From Eledone cirrhosa (Eukaryota), in contig OZ024750.1 in the NCBI GenBank assembly GCA_964016885.1, positions 248,001 through 312,000 of the forward strand: a stretch of 64,000 nucleotides of DNA. The letters are read 5' to 3'. The position numbers and the translations under genes are program-made. The notes beneath the pieces are model-generated. The model saw only the letters and a program-made list of their open reading frames with translations, had not been told where the DNA came from and did not search any database. Below are positions 27,155 through 40,520 of the stretch, piece after piece; position 1 is the stretch's first letter, and the number at the start of each line of letters is the position of its first letter.

Positions 27155-27211
27155 TCATTTACCAATGGTTTCATGAAGACAGATGTGTCTGCCTTCATTC
27201 ATCAGAACAAA
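27155..27211 (-). ncRNA. Putative minimal type I hammerhead ribozyme with an intact core
   Basis: Minus strand reads UUUGUU-CUGAUGA-AUGAAGGCAGA(CACA)UCUGUCUUCAU-GAA-ACC(AUU)GGU-A-AAUGAA. This gives the full core consensus, an 11-bp helix II, a 3-bp helix III, a GUA cleavage triplet and a wobble-rich 6-bp helix I. Confidence 0.75.
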
Positions 27212-27997
27212 TTTGTTCTGATGAATTATCTTATGTTGTTTATTACAAAACTATATATTATATATATATATATGAAATAATACTTTTTTTCTTTTTTCTT
27301 TTTTCATGTGTGCATAATTATTTCTTTTTGACTCTTTAACACGTCTTTCTCATAAAATATATTGATACTAACTTAACTGAAGGGTATTTAGTCCCTGGTT
27401 TTACTGTTATTTCTTTGCCCTGTATGAACATAAATATAGTTATCATATCATATTTATTCTTTTCATTTCAGAGCTAACAACTTCAGTCATAAATACTCAC
27501 TCAAAAATTATAATTTATGGGTGAGTATTTATAACTTCAATAATTATTGAAGGCAGAAAGTGTTTTACTTTAAATAGAATGCATATAAATAAGCACAATT
27601 TATATTTTAAAATAAACTATAAAATAAAAATGGGCGAAACACGGAAAAAGGCTCGCACATTGGATCACATACCACAAGGGACGCTCGAGTTTCGTTCTAA
27701 CCTTTTTAGGCAACACAATTGGAGCAGCATTTTTTTTTTTTTACAAATCTAATATAATGTCCGTAAATTAATCTTTTTTTCCTTTATTTTCTTTCTCTTT
27801 GTTTGTTTAAAGCTTCGATAATTTTCTGATAAGAATAAGGAAAGAAATTCTGAATGACATTTAGGTTTTTCCGTAATTCGATAAACTGTGACACGGAATA
27901 TTAATGAAAGCATTCAAGTACCTGCTAACAGCATTACTGTAAGAGTTGTCTATCCATTTTAAAATCGTCAACTGATGTAATTGGATTACAACAAAAG

Positions 27998-28379
27998 ATG
28001 AGCAGGTTATCCCTTTATTTATTCTATTCTATTTCAACTCATGATTTTTTGTCGTCACACCATTTTATAAATATATGTTTCACACTTACCCCCGTTAATT
28101 TGTTTTGAGGTACAAACTAGAAATAAATACGAACAAACGCTCGAAAATTATAGAACAACGCCTCCCAAAATAGTAAAACGTGTAATAAATTGGTTTGATG
28201 CGTGGAAGAAGAAAATCTTTAGATAGAATTTTACTCTTCTTTGCGACTAACCAATTATAAATATCTATAATCACTAATTGTTGACGCACAACATCACTGT
28301 TTCGGCTTATTCATCATTCTTAACTATTGGATTTGCGACCGATAGATAGTATTAACAATTGAAAGTCGATCGACTGTCG

Positions 28380-28423
<44 letters not shown>

Positions 28424-28634
28424 CGTTTATGTATTTGTTTTGAAAGAGTGTTGATTAGAAATCGTGTGTTGAAACCGACATCGTCATGTTGCCAATATTC
28501 CCAGTATATATACACACAGGGTGTATCAAAAAGAACCACCAGACATACTCGAGTATGGGACGAGTTTAACTATGGTGTAGGTATATTCCGTGTGTCCAAA
28601 GGAGGGTATATTGAACATTTGTAAGACCTGTGTG

Positions 28635-28686
<52 letters not shown>

Positions 28687-31600
28687 CACACACACACACA
28701 CTCAATTTTCTATAGGTTTATGTGTGTTTAGACACAATACTATCCTGGCTTATTTTTAAGTCAAAACGAAACTATTTAATAATTAATAATGGTGTGTGTG
28801 TGTTTCAGAAACACTCACGTACCTCTTAAGAATAATTAAGCCTTCTGTTTGGATTTCAGCTGTGTTGGCCTGTTTGTCTTGTTCATGCACTTTATATATG
28901 TGTGTGTTTTGAATTAAAATAACTCTAAGCTAGTATTACCTTCCTGATCAAAGCGAGAAAAAGAAAGAAAAAAAGAGGGGTTACAAGCACGTAGTTTGAT
29001 TTTATATATATATATATATATTAATCACTATATTAATAGTGAAGGCGCATGGGCTTGCAATCGAAAGGTTGTGAGTTCGATTCTCGGACCGTGTGATGCA
29101 TTGAAATAAAGTGTCTTGCTCAATTTCTGTAAATTAGTCAAACCATAAATAGTTTAAAGTGAGTATAGTCTATCTCAGTTTGAAAGGTACATTGATTGTT
29201 TTGGGATATCACTTCTTTCTTCGGCTTAAGGGTCAATGCTGACTATAAGGTGTTGGAGAGTATTATGTATAGAGTGTGAGCAAAGGAAGACCACACACCT
29301 ATCAAGAATGTTATAAAGCTCTCCAGGATCTGTTGTACTATTATATATAGGGAGTCCACATCCCCATAACACTATATAATCCTAAAATCTGTCATATCTA
29401 GCAGAACGTCCAAAATAAATAAAGATCATGTCAATGTCATGTCATGGTTATCATGGGGTATCTTCCTAGCCCTTCATTTGGTAGGATTTCTATAGTCAGA
29501 TGCCCTTCTTAACATTATACATTATATATTGCTGTGTGCATCCTAGTTTGTATCCCTGCATGCTGTAAGAGGTCAGGAAGAGCTTCTAGCTGTAAAACAT
29601 TGTCGCCAAACATCCCTTCCAACCCACGCCAGTGTGGAAAAGTGGATGTAAAAACATTTCTGATCCTACAACGTATTGCATTTATATTTTTTTGTCATTA
29701 AACTCATTTCTTCTGAATTTTATATTTGCAGGATATTCAAGCTCTCCACTCCGAAAAGAAATGTTGCATTGTGGAATGTAAGTCACTTTTATAATCATGA
29801 AAATAGATTTTCATTGGCATCTTTCATTTATTGTATATACTCGAATGTAAGCCGATCCCACTATTTTAAGTCAGAGAAATGGGCAAAAATCTAGACCTAT
29901 TTACGTAGAATTTGAAGTTGGTGAAAATTGTCAAAATATTGACCTGAACATAATCCAACCTCCTTCAACCATCAAATTTTTTTTTTGGGGGGGGAGGGGG
30001 GGGGTCACATATTCCTCTGCTTTTATTATAAATTAATCTTGTCACACTCTGTGTTGTGCTGAATCAGCTCACTTTCATGTTTCAAAAGAAGGAAGTTCCA
30101 TTGATTCAATGTCCATTCTTATCACTACTCACCAAAAGCTAATGACAAATCTCATTGCAGAAGTTATGACAATATATCTTTTTTATTTTCTCTTAAATTC
30201 TAATTTTTATCTCACAAATACCAAAATGTTAAATATAAATATTTCCTTTTATTTCAGGAAGAAAAGGAATTTGAAAAGGAAGGCAAGAAGCTAGAAGAGT
30301 GCGTTGACTGCTGTTGTTATTTAGATCCAAGTTAACCCTGATTGACCAGTCATAACTATTTTCTCTTTAGTTTCAGATACAATGTATCTAGTACTAACTA
30401 CATTATTCTGTGTATTTTCTCCTTTTTTTAAGAACTTTGGTGTTAAATGAGGGAGGTTTGGTTGTTATTTCTAGTAGGGTGAAATACCAAGAGGCAACTA
30501 AAAAAGAAGGGCATCTGGCTGCAAAACATTGCCTGAAAAACTGAGGTTCAGCTGAAAAGTTCATAGGTTGATCAAGATACTCTCATAGAATGATCAAATG
30601 AGGTTTAATTTTCAACATAGTCTGTAGAAAGAAACAATGCCGGTATTAATAAGAACAGTTAAAATTAATACATGTAAGATTTGACTGCTCTAGCATCACT
30701 CCTTCATACTCAGCCTATGAACTTTTCAGCCGACCCTTGTACCTCCTGATGGGTATAATCAAGCCTGTCATAGAGTTTACATGGCTAGCCCCTACTTTAG
30801 CATAGAAAATGGCCTTAAAATACTTCTTGTTGTATTAAATAACCTCAATCAGATATGATTGTGTGACCTATTTTGGATATTGATGTAATTTATTTTAAAT
30901 AATTGTTTCTACTTTTGGCACAAGGCCAGCAATTATCCAATGCTTTACTGGTACTTTATTCTATCGACCCCGGAAGGATGAAAGGCAAAATTAAATAATG
31001 TGAGGAAAAAAGATTGTCAAATTAGAAGATGACTCTGTTATTTAACTGGCTTTCAATCCTGTTTAAGCAGGATGTAATATACTTAATAGTTTTGTTACTA
31101 ACTGGACTAAAACTGGCTCTGGTTCTATGAAATAAAATTACTCATTTTAATGGTTTCCAATTTAAATTAAAGTCTTCCAACATAATTTTATATAAGAACC
31201 TTACATTGAGTTACTATCTTAGTAATGAAATAATTAATGATTTAAGTAAATTGCTCAAAATTCTTCATTAATTAATTGAAATAGAGTATATTTCATTAGA
31301 AATATGATCCTGAAAGGGTTAAAGTAGTGGGCAGAAGATGAATCTATTATATCTATGATATAACTGGCTGTCAATCTTGTTAAGCTGGATATAATATACT
31401 CTAGGGTCCTAAATAATAGCGAGGTTGGAAAATCAGTAATTTTCCTAAGTTGTCTGTTGATTTTTTTTTTAAAAACCAGAATTAGTCATATGGGATTTCT
31501 AGTAATCTACTTTTTTTGTCATGTATAATGTTTTTTAATGTCCTAAGAAATATAATTGAGAAATTTAGTAAAATAATTATTCACTCCACACTGTAACACA

Positions 31601-34600
31601 GTTGGTGTTAGGGAGGGCATCCAGCTGTAGAAATCAAGCTAAAATACAGATTCATATGAGCAAAACGTGATCTCTGGATCTGACTTGTCTCATGTCGTGA
31701 CAACCCATTTAACCCATGCTAGCATGGAAAATGGACGTCAATGATGTTTGAGAAATTAACAAATTCTTATATAAAATTATGATGAAATCTTTTAATGTAT
31801 AGAAGAAGACTTTAAAACAAGTAGTTTGGTATCGCAGGGTTTAAAACAAATGTTTTTTTATTATTTCAGACTTGAGGAGACATGTAGGAAACTTTACAAA
31901 GATTCTAAGAAATGTTCAGAAACGGCTTCAGGTGTGTATTTGTCAAACATTAAATTGCCATCTTTGTAAGTAAGTGCGTGTGTGTATGTGTGAGAGAGAC
32001 ATCCAAACGAGTATCCTCCACCTCTATCTTACTCTCCACCTCTTGGTCCCGGCCGACAGATCAGTAATTCAGACATGATTTTCATTGTAATATTTCATTA
32101 TTCTCTGTCAGTTTTGTTGATGTCTTTTTATTAAAATATTTATCTATTGCACAGCTCTGAGTAAATGTGAACGGAGAATCACACAAGATTTAATGGGCAG
32201 TACATTATGTAAGTCAGAACTGAAATTAAAACATCATTGTGAAGAGTGGGATAATTCCATTGTAAAGCTGAACCTTCATATGCAAGATATGGTAAGTTAT
32301 AAATATTTGAATCATGAAATTTCAATTTAGAGTTAACATACTGTATATAGTTTTCAAATAACTGTGAACATAATCAAAAATTTGGAAGGATTTAGTAACG
32401 TAACTAAATATTAAATTGATGTTTGGAACTTAACTAAACAAAGGCTCTAACATAAAATTATGAATATTTGAATCATGATTTTAACCTGAAATTTTAATTT
32501 AGAGTAAAGATAATGTCTATGGCTTTCAAATAACTTTGAACATAATAAAAAATTTGGAAGGATTGCAGGATAATTAGATGTAAGAATTGGAAAAAAGTTT
32601 TAACAATTGTACTGAATTTGAAAGCTAAAATAGATTAAAACATGGGTGCAACACAAATTGAATGAAAACACCATTATGAAGTCTGCTCTACGCTTCTTTT
32701 GCACAATAAAAACAACCCATTTTTTTACCACATTGTGATGTGCAATGAAAAATGAATTCTATATAACAAGTGACCACATTCAGCAGAGTGGTGGACTGAG
32801 ATGAGACTCCTAAACACTTCACAAAGCCAAAGTTGCACTAAAAAAAGATTATTGTGATTGTTTGGTGGTCAGCATCCTAGCAAAACAATCACAGCAGAGA
32901 AATATTGTCATGAAATCGATGAAATGCACCAAATTTACAGCATATGTGTCCAGCATTGATCAATAGAAAAGGTTTAAACCTCTTGCACAACAATGCTCAA
33001 CCACACATCACACAATGAAGGTTTAAGAAGTTGAACAAATTGGAATATGAAACTCTCCCTCACCCAGCATACTCACCAGATCTTTTTCAAACAATTCAAA
33101 AACTTCTTGCAAGGAAAATTCAACAACCAAACAGCTACAACAAAATATCTTCAAAGAATTCATCACCTTCAGAATTCTAGATTACTGGAATAAATAAACT
33201 TGTATCTTGTTGGGAAAATGTGTAGATTTTAATGGTTTTCATTTAAATGAATAAAGTTTATTCTGGACTGAATTATGTTGTTTTTGTTTTTTTTTAAATG
33301 CATTAATTTATAAAATCTCTAATTATTATTTTATTTTTTTCTAATAGAATTCCAACATCCAAAAGACATTGGTTGAACCCATCAAAAAGTAAATACTTTC
33401 TTCTTTTTCCTGAGTAAACCAGAAAACAAATGGACCATGTTTCTTTTTTCTTAAGCACTCAATGAATGGTAGATTGAAAGACTAAGTGGTAGAGACAAGG
33501 GGTGTAAAAGCTGGCTTTTTTTTTAAAAAGCACCCAGTACACTCTGTATAGTGATTGGCATTAGGAAGGGCATTTAGCAGTAGAAACTATTTGAGATGTC
33601 AGTATTTTAAAAAATTATTTTTCTAATTAATTTTATTGAGAAAAAAATTAAAAAAATATATTACTACTACTACCACCACCACCACCACTACTACAACTTC
33701 ATATCATTTCAGATTCAGTAGTATATTCCCAAGTCTTCATGCTGCTAAGAAAAAGAGGGAACAGTCTTTGGAGGTTTGTACTCTTATTTACCTATTTTCT
33801 TATACTTTATATCAAGGGTCTTCAACATTTGGTATGCAAACTACTCTTGGGAAGGTGATGGGGGCAGAGTCCTCGCCCACGCTTTCCAGTGGATCCTGTC
33901 AAGAGCAACTGTCACCAACCAAGCTCATGGACGTTTTCCAACATTGTTGCTTGTGGTGTAGCTCAAGATCTCCTGTTGCTTAGCTTTGCCTATAAAATCT
34001 TACCAGCAATTCTTTTCTTAGACATTCTAACCACATGTCCATACTATTGGAGCTGTGATCTCTCGATGTGGAGAAATAATGGCTCAACCTTGAACAACTC
34101 TCTGATCTCTGAGCTATGCACTCTATCAAGTAACTCTAAAGACACTTTGTGTTCGTATCTAAAGTTTCATTAACTATTTTCTTTGTTCCAGGAATACAAA
34201 AGATGTGAAGCCAAGTTCAAAAAGTACCAAGAACGTGAACGTACTGGAAACAATATTGTCAAGTTAAATCAGGTATTATTCACTATATATACATCATCAT
34301 TAATTTGTTTGAGTTGGGAGAAGATTCGGGGAGAAGAAAATTGTTGTTCACATAAAGTATTAACCTTTAATGGACATATTTCTCATGAAGGACATTGAAT
34401 ATGTTTCAATTAATTTTCAAAATAATCAAGAATTTGGAAGAATTTAGTAAAATATTTTTTAAAGTTAGTGTCAAGTTCTTACACTTGTTTGGGTTGGATG
34501 GGTCCTTTCCAGCATGTACACACACACAAAGGTGTCTTTGCTTTGACTCTGCTTAAGCAGTTGGTATTAAGATATCTATTTCTAATTATTATCTTGTTGC

Positions 34601-35072
34601 CTCTTTTGAATGATTATTCTCATTTCTCTATTGAATTCTCTCAGAGCCAGAAATCCTTGACGCCAGCCAAAGAAGAATTCTACGACCAGCACACGATCTT
34701 GATGGAAGATATGCCTAAATTATACGACCTCCGAATTAGTTACTATCAACCATGCATTGAAGCTTTAATCAAATCTCAGGTTGGTTTCCAGTTCTGGCCT
34801 GGTTGTTATTTAAGGGGTTAACTTCGCACATCCATTGAAGCTTGCTCATCTCATTTCCCTCCAGCTTTTGCAATATCTTCTGACTCTGTTTCACTTCCAT
34901 CTCATGTATTGTTCCTTTCTGTCTACAGGTTGCCTACAATTCTGAATGTTACAAAATCTATAGTGAGTTAGCCAGCCATCTTGCTCCAGAGACATACACT
35001 AGTGAAGAATATGCTACCAGAATACAACAGAAACTGCAAGATATCAAGGCATTGTCTATAGTTGATTGATTA
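27998..35072 (+). CDS. BIN3: Bridging integrator 3 (N-BAR protein), 10 coding exons, 251 aa
   Basis: Exons with GT-AG introns and consistent phase: 27998-28005, 29732-29777, 30258-30298, 31870-31931, 32155-32291, 33348-33388, 33713-33773, 34192-34272, 34645-34779, 34929-35072 (total 756 nt). Translation MSRIFKLSTPKRN...EEKEFEKEGKKLEELEETCRKLYKDSKK...IQKTLVEPIKKFSSIFPSL...KREQSLEEYKRCEAKFKKYQERERTG...LMEDMPKLYDLRISYYQPCIEALIKSQV...KLQDIKALSIVDD* matches BIN3 from memory, including the ALSIV(A)DD C-terminus. The 8-nt exon 1 is the least certain. Confidence 0.93.
30540..30741. mobile_element. Mariner-type MITE (second partial copy at 14058-14250)
   Basis: GCTGAAAAGTTCATAGG.TGA ... TCAGCCTATGAACTTTTCAGC inverted ends. 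Confidence 0.65.
32640..33255 (+). mobile_element. Decayed mariner transposase fragment in BIN3 intron 5
   Basis: Remnants YEVCSTLLLHNKNNPF, HIVMCNEK*ILY, VIVWWS, LLHNNAQPH and ETLPHPAYSPDL (33049-33084), with many stops. Confidence 0.88.
33830..34135 (-). mobile_element. RTE LINE 3' fragment in BIN3 intron 7
   Basis: Minus-strand translation LLDRVHSSEIRELFKVEPLFLHIERSQLQ*YGHVVRM is typical of the RTE ORF2 C-terminus. Confidence 0.75.
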
Positions 35073-35224
35073 ATTATAACCCATGTAAGCATGGAAAAAT
35101 GGACTTAAATACGATGATGATGATTAACAAGGACAAAAAAAAGGAAATTTCATTGGAAATAAAAAAAATCAAATATCCTTTTCTATCATGACTGTTCATA
35201 CGGTGTCCACTGAAGAAATCCATT

Positions 35225-35435
35225 TTAACCCTTTACCATTTACATTACTCTATTTACTGTTGTATTTTCACAGTAAAGGCTTTACCTCATATAATATCAA
35301 ATCTATGAGATTTTGATATTTATTTTGAGAACAACACCTTAACATGAATATGAGCGGCCGGTTGCTGCCAGTTTGAACAGAAAGAGGTGAGAGAATTCTG
35401 GCCGGATATGGCTGGTTTAAATGCTAAAGGGTTAA
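35225..35435. mobile_element. piggyBac-like MITE
   Basis: TTAA-CCCTTTACCATTTA ... TAAATGCTAAAGGG-TTAA. Family copies at 37211-37370, about 49470-49630, 50513-50747 and 60407-60627. Confidence 0.85.
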
Positions 35436-35574
35436 TCATTGGACTACAGTAGATTCAGTAAACTACAAGAACGACTCCATTACAAAGAAGATTATTCTGT
35501 ACATTCATTGTAATATTTTATATTTCATTAATGTCAGCACATTACTTTGGTTTATCATGACATGTTACTATGTG

Positions 35575-35793
35575 GTGGCATGTGCCTCAGATTGTGTGAT
35601 GCATGTCTCAGATTATGTGGGATGTGTGTCCTAGGTTGTGTGAGGCGTGTATCTCAGATTGTGTGGGATGTGTGTCCCAGATTATGTAGCATGTGTCTCC
35701 AATTGTATAATGTGTTCCAGATTGTGTAGGATGTGTGTCTTAGTGTCCCAGATTGTGGGGTGCATGTCTCAGATTGTGTACTTCAAGATTGTG
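35575..35793. repeat. About 21-bp degenerate tandem repeat downstream of BIN3
   Basis: CAGATTGTGTGGGATGTGTGTC variants, about 10 copies. Confidence 0.85.
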
Positions 35794-36870
35794 AAATACT
35801 CAATGATAATGAAAAAAATAATATTTTAAGGTATGGACATTTATGAATGGCAGATTAAGCTTGTAGCAAGTAGCATATGTTACTAACCCTTCATGTAGCA
35901 AGTAGCATATGTTACTAACCCTTCATTTTCAGAAGGTCCACATGAAATACTTTTTACCTTCAACTTTTTTTAACCACTGGGTGTTCAAGGTTAATCCAGT
36001 ACACAGTATTTCCAGGATCTGATACACTTTAAACTAATTCTTCATTGTAGCTTATAACTCCAGGTGGAGTTGTAGGGGCATAAGTGTTTCTTGGGCATGT
36101 TTTTTTTTTAAAAACCTGATGGAGCCCATTTCATCTCCAGGTTTGATACAGAAAATTTCTTCCAGAGAAGGAGAGTGATAGTGTAAATAATCAGATTGAA
36201 GGATTACATTAAATGGATAGATTTACTTCATCAAATATTAACTAATTAACTATTAACATCCTGTAAATATTTAGCAGAAAATAAAAAAAAAAGTTTATTA
36301 ATTCAAATGTTTATAGTATCTTGCAGTAAACTAAAGTAAAAAGTTTTAATTTTTAATGTACTTCAATAATAGTGCTGTTTTGTACTTTTGAAGAACATTA
36401 ATATATTAGACATCATAATGTTGACAATCTCTAGTAAATCTCCTCTGCCTTCCTCTATTTCTCCTCTTCCGTCTCTTTCTACTCCCACGTATTCCTGGGA
36501 GGATCATAGAAATAATTATAATTTAATAAAGTAGTTAAAATGTTGGATAGACTGCTTTGCATTATTTGTTCAGTAATGTACTGGGTAATTTGCTGGCCTT
36601 GTGCCTAAAGTAGAAACGATTATTTGTTGCATCCTCCTGCGTTCTGAGTTCAAATCCTACTAAAGGTCAATTTTTCATCCTTTCTAGGTTGATAAAGTAA
36701 CTCTCTAATAATGGTGGTCAATTGTAACTTTCTTTAAATTGCCAAGACACAATGCCATGACGGCACTCCTATCACTCCACCCATGTATCTACTACAAGCC
36801 CTACACTAGCTTAATCTGCTTTTTCTTGTTAAGGAATGATTTGTGTTATGAAATACGATCTATTGTAAAA

Positions 36871-37087
36871 TATTGGGACATCCCATAAATAATGTAGGTT
36901 TTTATTTTTTTATTTTTTAAATTAAGATAGTGCAAGCTTTGAAAAGGTGCAGTTTAAGAATGACAAAGTGAATTTAAAAGCAAGTATATAGCTTTTATAG
37001 CAAGTATCTGCAGGTGTTTATCTCCCCCTACCTCTGACTTTTATTGCATGTAATTGAAAAACCTATTATTTATGTGATGACCCAATA
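36871..37087. mobile_element. Mariner-type MITE
   Basis: TATTGGGACATCCCATAAATAAT ... ATTATTTATGTGATGACCCAATA. Confidence 0.65.
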
Positions 37088-39585
37088 TATCATTTGTATC
37101 ATGTAAATAACAAAAAAAATTAAAATATGCTCCCTTTTTTTAATTTATGATTTATCTGTCATAAAAACTTGAATATGCTGACTGTGGTTGTTACATTTAC
37201 AAAACGTCTGTTAACCCTTTACCATTTACATTACTCTATATTTACATGGTAAACACTTTATCTCACAGAATATCAAATCTATGAGATTTTGATATTATTT
37301 ATTTTGAGAACAATACCTTAACATCAGTATGAGTGGCCAGTTACAGCCGATTTAAATGCTAAATGGTTAAAAGAACCTGGAAATTGCCTATAAAACGATA
37401 TGAAAATTGTTTTTGTCAATTACTTTCATCAGTTTTAATGAGTGTTTCAGTTGTTTGATCAATGGAAAAGCCTGCTTATGAATTTAACTTGTAAGTGGCT
37501 GAGCATTCCATAGACACATGTACTCATAATGTAATTCTCAGGGAGATGCAGCATGAAAAAGTGTCACAAAACTAACCCTTTGAATTACAGGTACAGTTCA
37601 TGTATTACAACATAAGTGGCTGAGCATTCCACAGACATGTGTACCCTTAGCATAATTTTCAGGGAGATTCAGTATGACAAAACTAACCCTTTGAATTGCA
37701 GGTTCAGTTCATCTGATGGGCTTCCAGACAGTTTCCGTCTACCAAATTTCTCTTACATAGGTCAACCTGAGGCAATAGTAAATGACATTTATCTGGTCTA
37801 GAACTCAGGACCCAATGATTGTAAAGTGACCCCCTAAACCAATCAGCTGTGTCCTGTCAATTATTACCTGTTATTTGATTTTTTCTTTTTTTTTTTTTAA
37901 TAAAAGTTTCTTTTTACCAACAAAAAAATGAATTTTGAATTTCTTTTCCAACGGCCATTGATCTTATATTCATGAAAAAAGAACCACAAAAACATTTTAA
38001 AACAATTTAAATGATTATATTTACTCATCTCTCCCACTCCTACTTCGCTGCTCTTGTCTCTCCATTTCTCTCATTTTTTAAAATTCTATTTATTATATAT
38101 GAGTTGGATTGGAGGTGAGAATGTACATAAGTTTAAAAAGTGATAAATAAATAAAAAAGCCTTAGGGCTAATAAGAACTTACCAGTAACTAAGTATCTAA
38201 TTAGTTGCAGTGAAGCTTTGTCAGTGGCCAGGTTGCAAGAAGTGTGATGAAAGTTTTGACACTAAGAAATAAATGTAATATGAATTTCAGTTTTTGTTTT
38301 TCTTTTTAAATGGCCAAAATGACTTCTCAATATGTAATTGCTTTAGTTCTTCAACCATAAGTATTGTTAGCATTTGCTATTGTTGTCTTCCAGTACTCAA
38401 CATATATTAACACTACAGTGTTTACTGCATACATTTTACTTCTTTACACCTATAACTCCTCGTGGAGCTGTAGTGATATATAGCCTCTGTTGCGCATTTT
38501 AAAAACCTGTTGGAACCAATCCCCTCTCCAGGTCCAAAAACAGCCTATTTCTTCCAGAGAACAGGTAATAATGGTAGATAAGAGATATAGAAGAATTGAT
38601 TCCAGTACTGGACCTGAGCAGGATTTAAACCAAAACAAATACCACAAAACATTCTATCTAATGGTTCTGCCAATATGCTGACTCTACTGCATACATCAGC
38701 CACTATTTTAACACACAAAGGCATGTACATGCAATGAGAAGCAGAATGGAATCTACAGTTCAGATTTTATGGTCTGAATTGTGATTCCACTCCAGAAAAA
38801 AAAAAAAATTAAAAGAAAGTCAAAAGATGGTAGATTTTTGTATGAAACTTTCAATTTATCCAAAATAATACAATTAGGGTGAACAATATTTTCATTTACA
38901 GAAGTATGTCTCTTGAATAACCATTATTTAGCTCAAAAACATTGTCTAAAATGAAATAACAAAAATTAAAAAACATACAAATATTAATTAATTATTTCTT
39001 TTGACTAAGTACAAGGCCAATGTTTTATATAAAGGGAGGGATATAGTCAATTGGATCAACATAACATATTACTGGTACTTATTTTATCAATCCCATGGGG
39101 ATGAAAGACAAAATCAGCCTTAGAACAGAGAGGAATGAAACTAAATCCAGTAAAACATTGAATTTGTTGTTCTACTCTCTTGATCATCTCCATTACTTTA
39201 TTATTATTATTATTAATGATAATGACAATAAAAATAGTGATATTGTATTTGGTGAGGGAATATACAAGGTGAGGTTGTCACCGGTTAAAAAAAAACCACA
39301 CATAAGGATACTAAACCTGCCTACTATGTCACTACAGCACTGTTACTATGTAGCAATGTTGCTTTGTATTAGAAATAACATCCAACAGTTTAAATATAGT
39401 CTACTAGAATATCATTACATATTGACACATTCAAAACTACTCACACATCCACTACACACTCTACTACATACACAAACACACGACACACCAACCATACATT
39501 TCATATATATTTACACTAGAATGTTCTACCAACCACTCAACTGTGAATTGAAATTGGTTAGATTGTGTCTGTCAACAGACTGCAG

Positions 39586-39725
39586 CAGTTATGTGGCGCT
39601 CTCATGACCACATGAGGTCAGTTATGTGGTTTTCTCATGACCACATGTGGTCAGTTATGTGGCGCTCTTATGACCACATGTTGGCTATCATACAGTTTAA
39701 TCTCAGAAACATGTGGTCAGTTATA
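39586..39725. repeat. About 33-bp tandem repeat
   Basis: CAGTTATGTGGCGCTCTCATGACCACATG.GGT, 3-4 copies. Confidence 0.8.
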
Positions 39726-39944
39726 CAACATTCACAACCATGGTATACATACAAGATAAGTTCAATTCCACTTTAAAAAACACTACTATATAATCTCTTC
39801 TACAAAAATACACTTGTCATCATCATTGAGTGAATATGTAATGATATGAGGTCTGTAGAGAATGGGGGGGGGGGGTATAATTGTGAGTACAACAGCAGCA
39901 GATCTTGTTAGCATAAAACTAAGGTCAGAGATATCCATCACCTG

Positions 39945-40123
39945 TATAGTCTACCAACTACTTTATAGTTGTCTAACAGTTACTATTAGTTACCACATAA
40001 CTTTATAGTTGCCTACCACTTACTATTAGTTACCCCATAACTCAATAGTTATCTACCAGTTACTATTAGTTACCACATGACTCTATAGTTGTCTACCAGT
40101 TACTATTAGTTACCATATAACTT
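39945..40123. repeat. About 39-bp tandem repeat (4-5 copies)
   Basis: CTTTATAGTTGTCTACCAGTTACTATTAGTTACCACATAA variants. Confidence 0.85.
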
Positions 40124-40139
40124 TCTGAATTAATGAATA

Positions 40140-40520
40140 AAGACCACTGCAAAGCTTCTATCGCTTCACATGAAATAGTCATTCCCGACTCAACTTCTGA
40201 AATCTAAGAACAGGTTTTGGATACCTCTTCTCGGTACACAGACACACAAATAAAAACAACAACATGCACCTCATCCACACACAGATAACACCAGGGACCT
40301 AGACACACTGAAACCACCTCTACAAACTCCAGCATGCCAGACAACTCCCTCCCACAAACACCTCACCAGTTCTCATAAATATTTTTTCTTCAACTTTTCA
40401 ATTTCCTTTTTCTCCTAACTTTACTTTTTGCTGATGAAGGGCTAACATCCGATATATTGACACATTCCTTTTCTTTTCCCAATAAGCGTGAAACAAATAA
40501 CACTTTGTGTAATCATATCT
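40140..40520 (+). mobile_element. Penelope-like pLTR remnant with a degraded hammerhead core
   Basis: LKSKNRFWIPLLGT resembles the C-terminal end of Penelope GIY-YIG ORFs. CTGATGAAGGG...CCGATATATTGAC at 40431 and its tail resemble the 4600 copy. Confidence 0.5.

Noticed and set aside
39095-39607. 170-aa ORF
   Set aside because: It starts in a SINE remnant, crosses low-complexity DNA, and has no recognisable domain.
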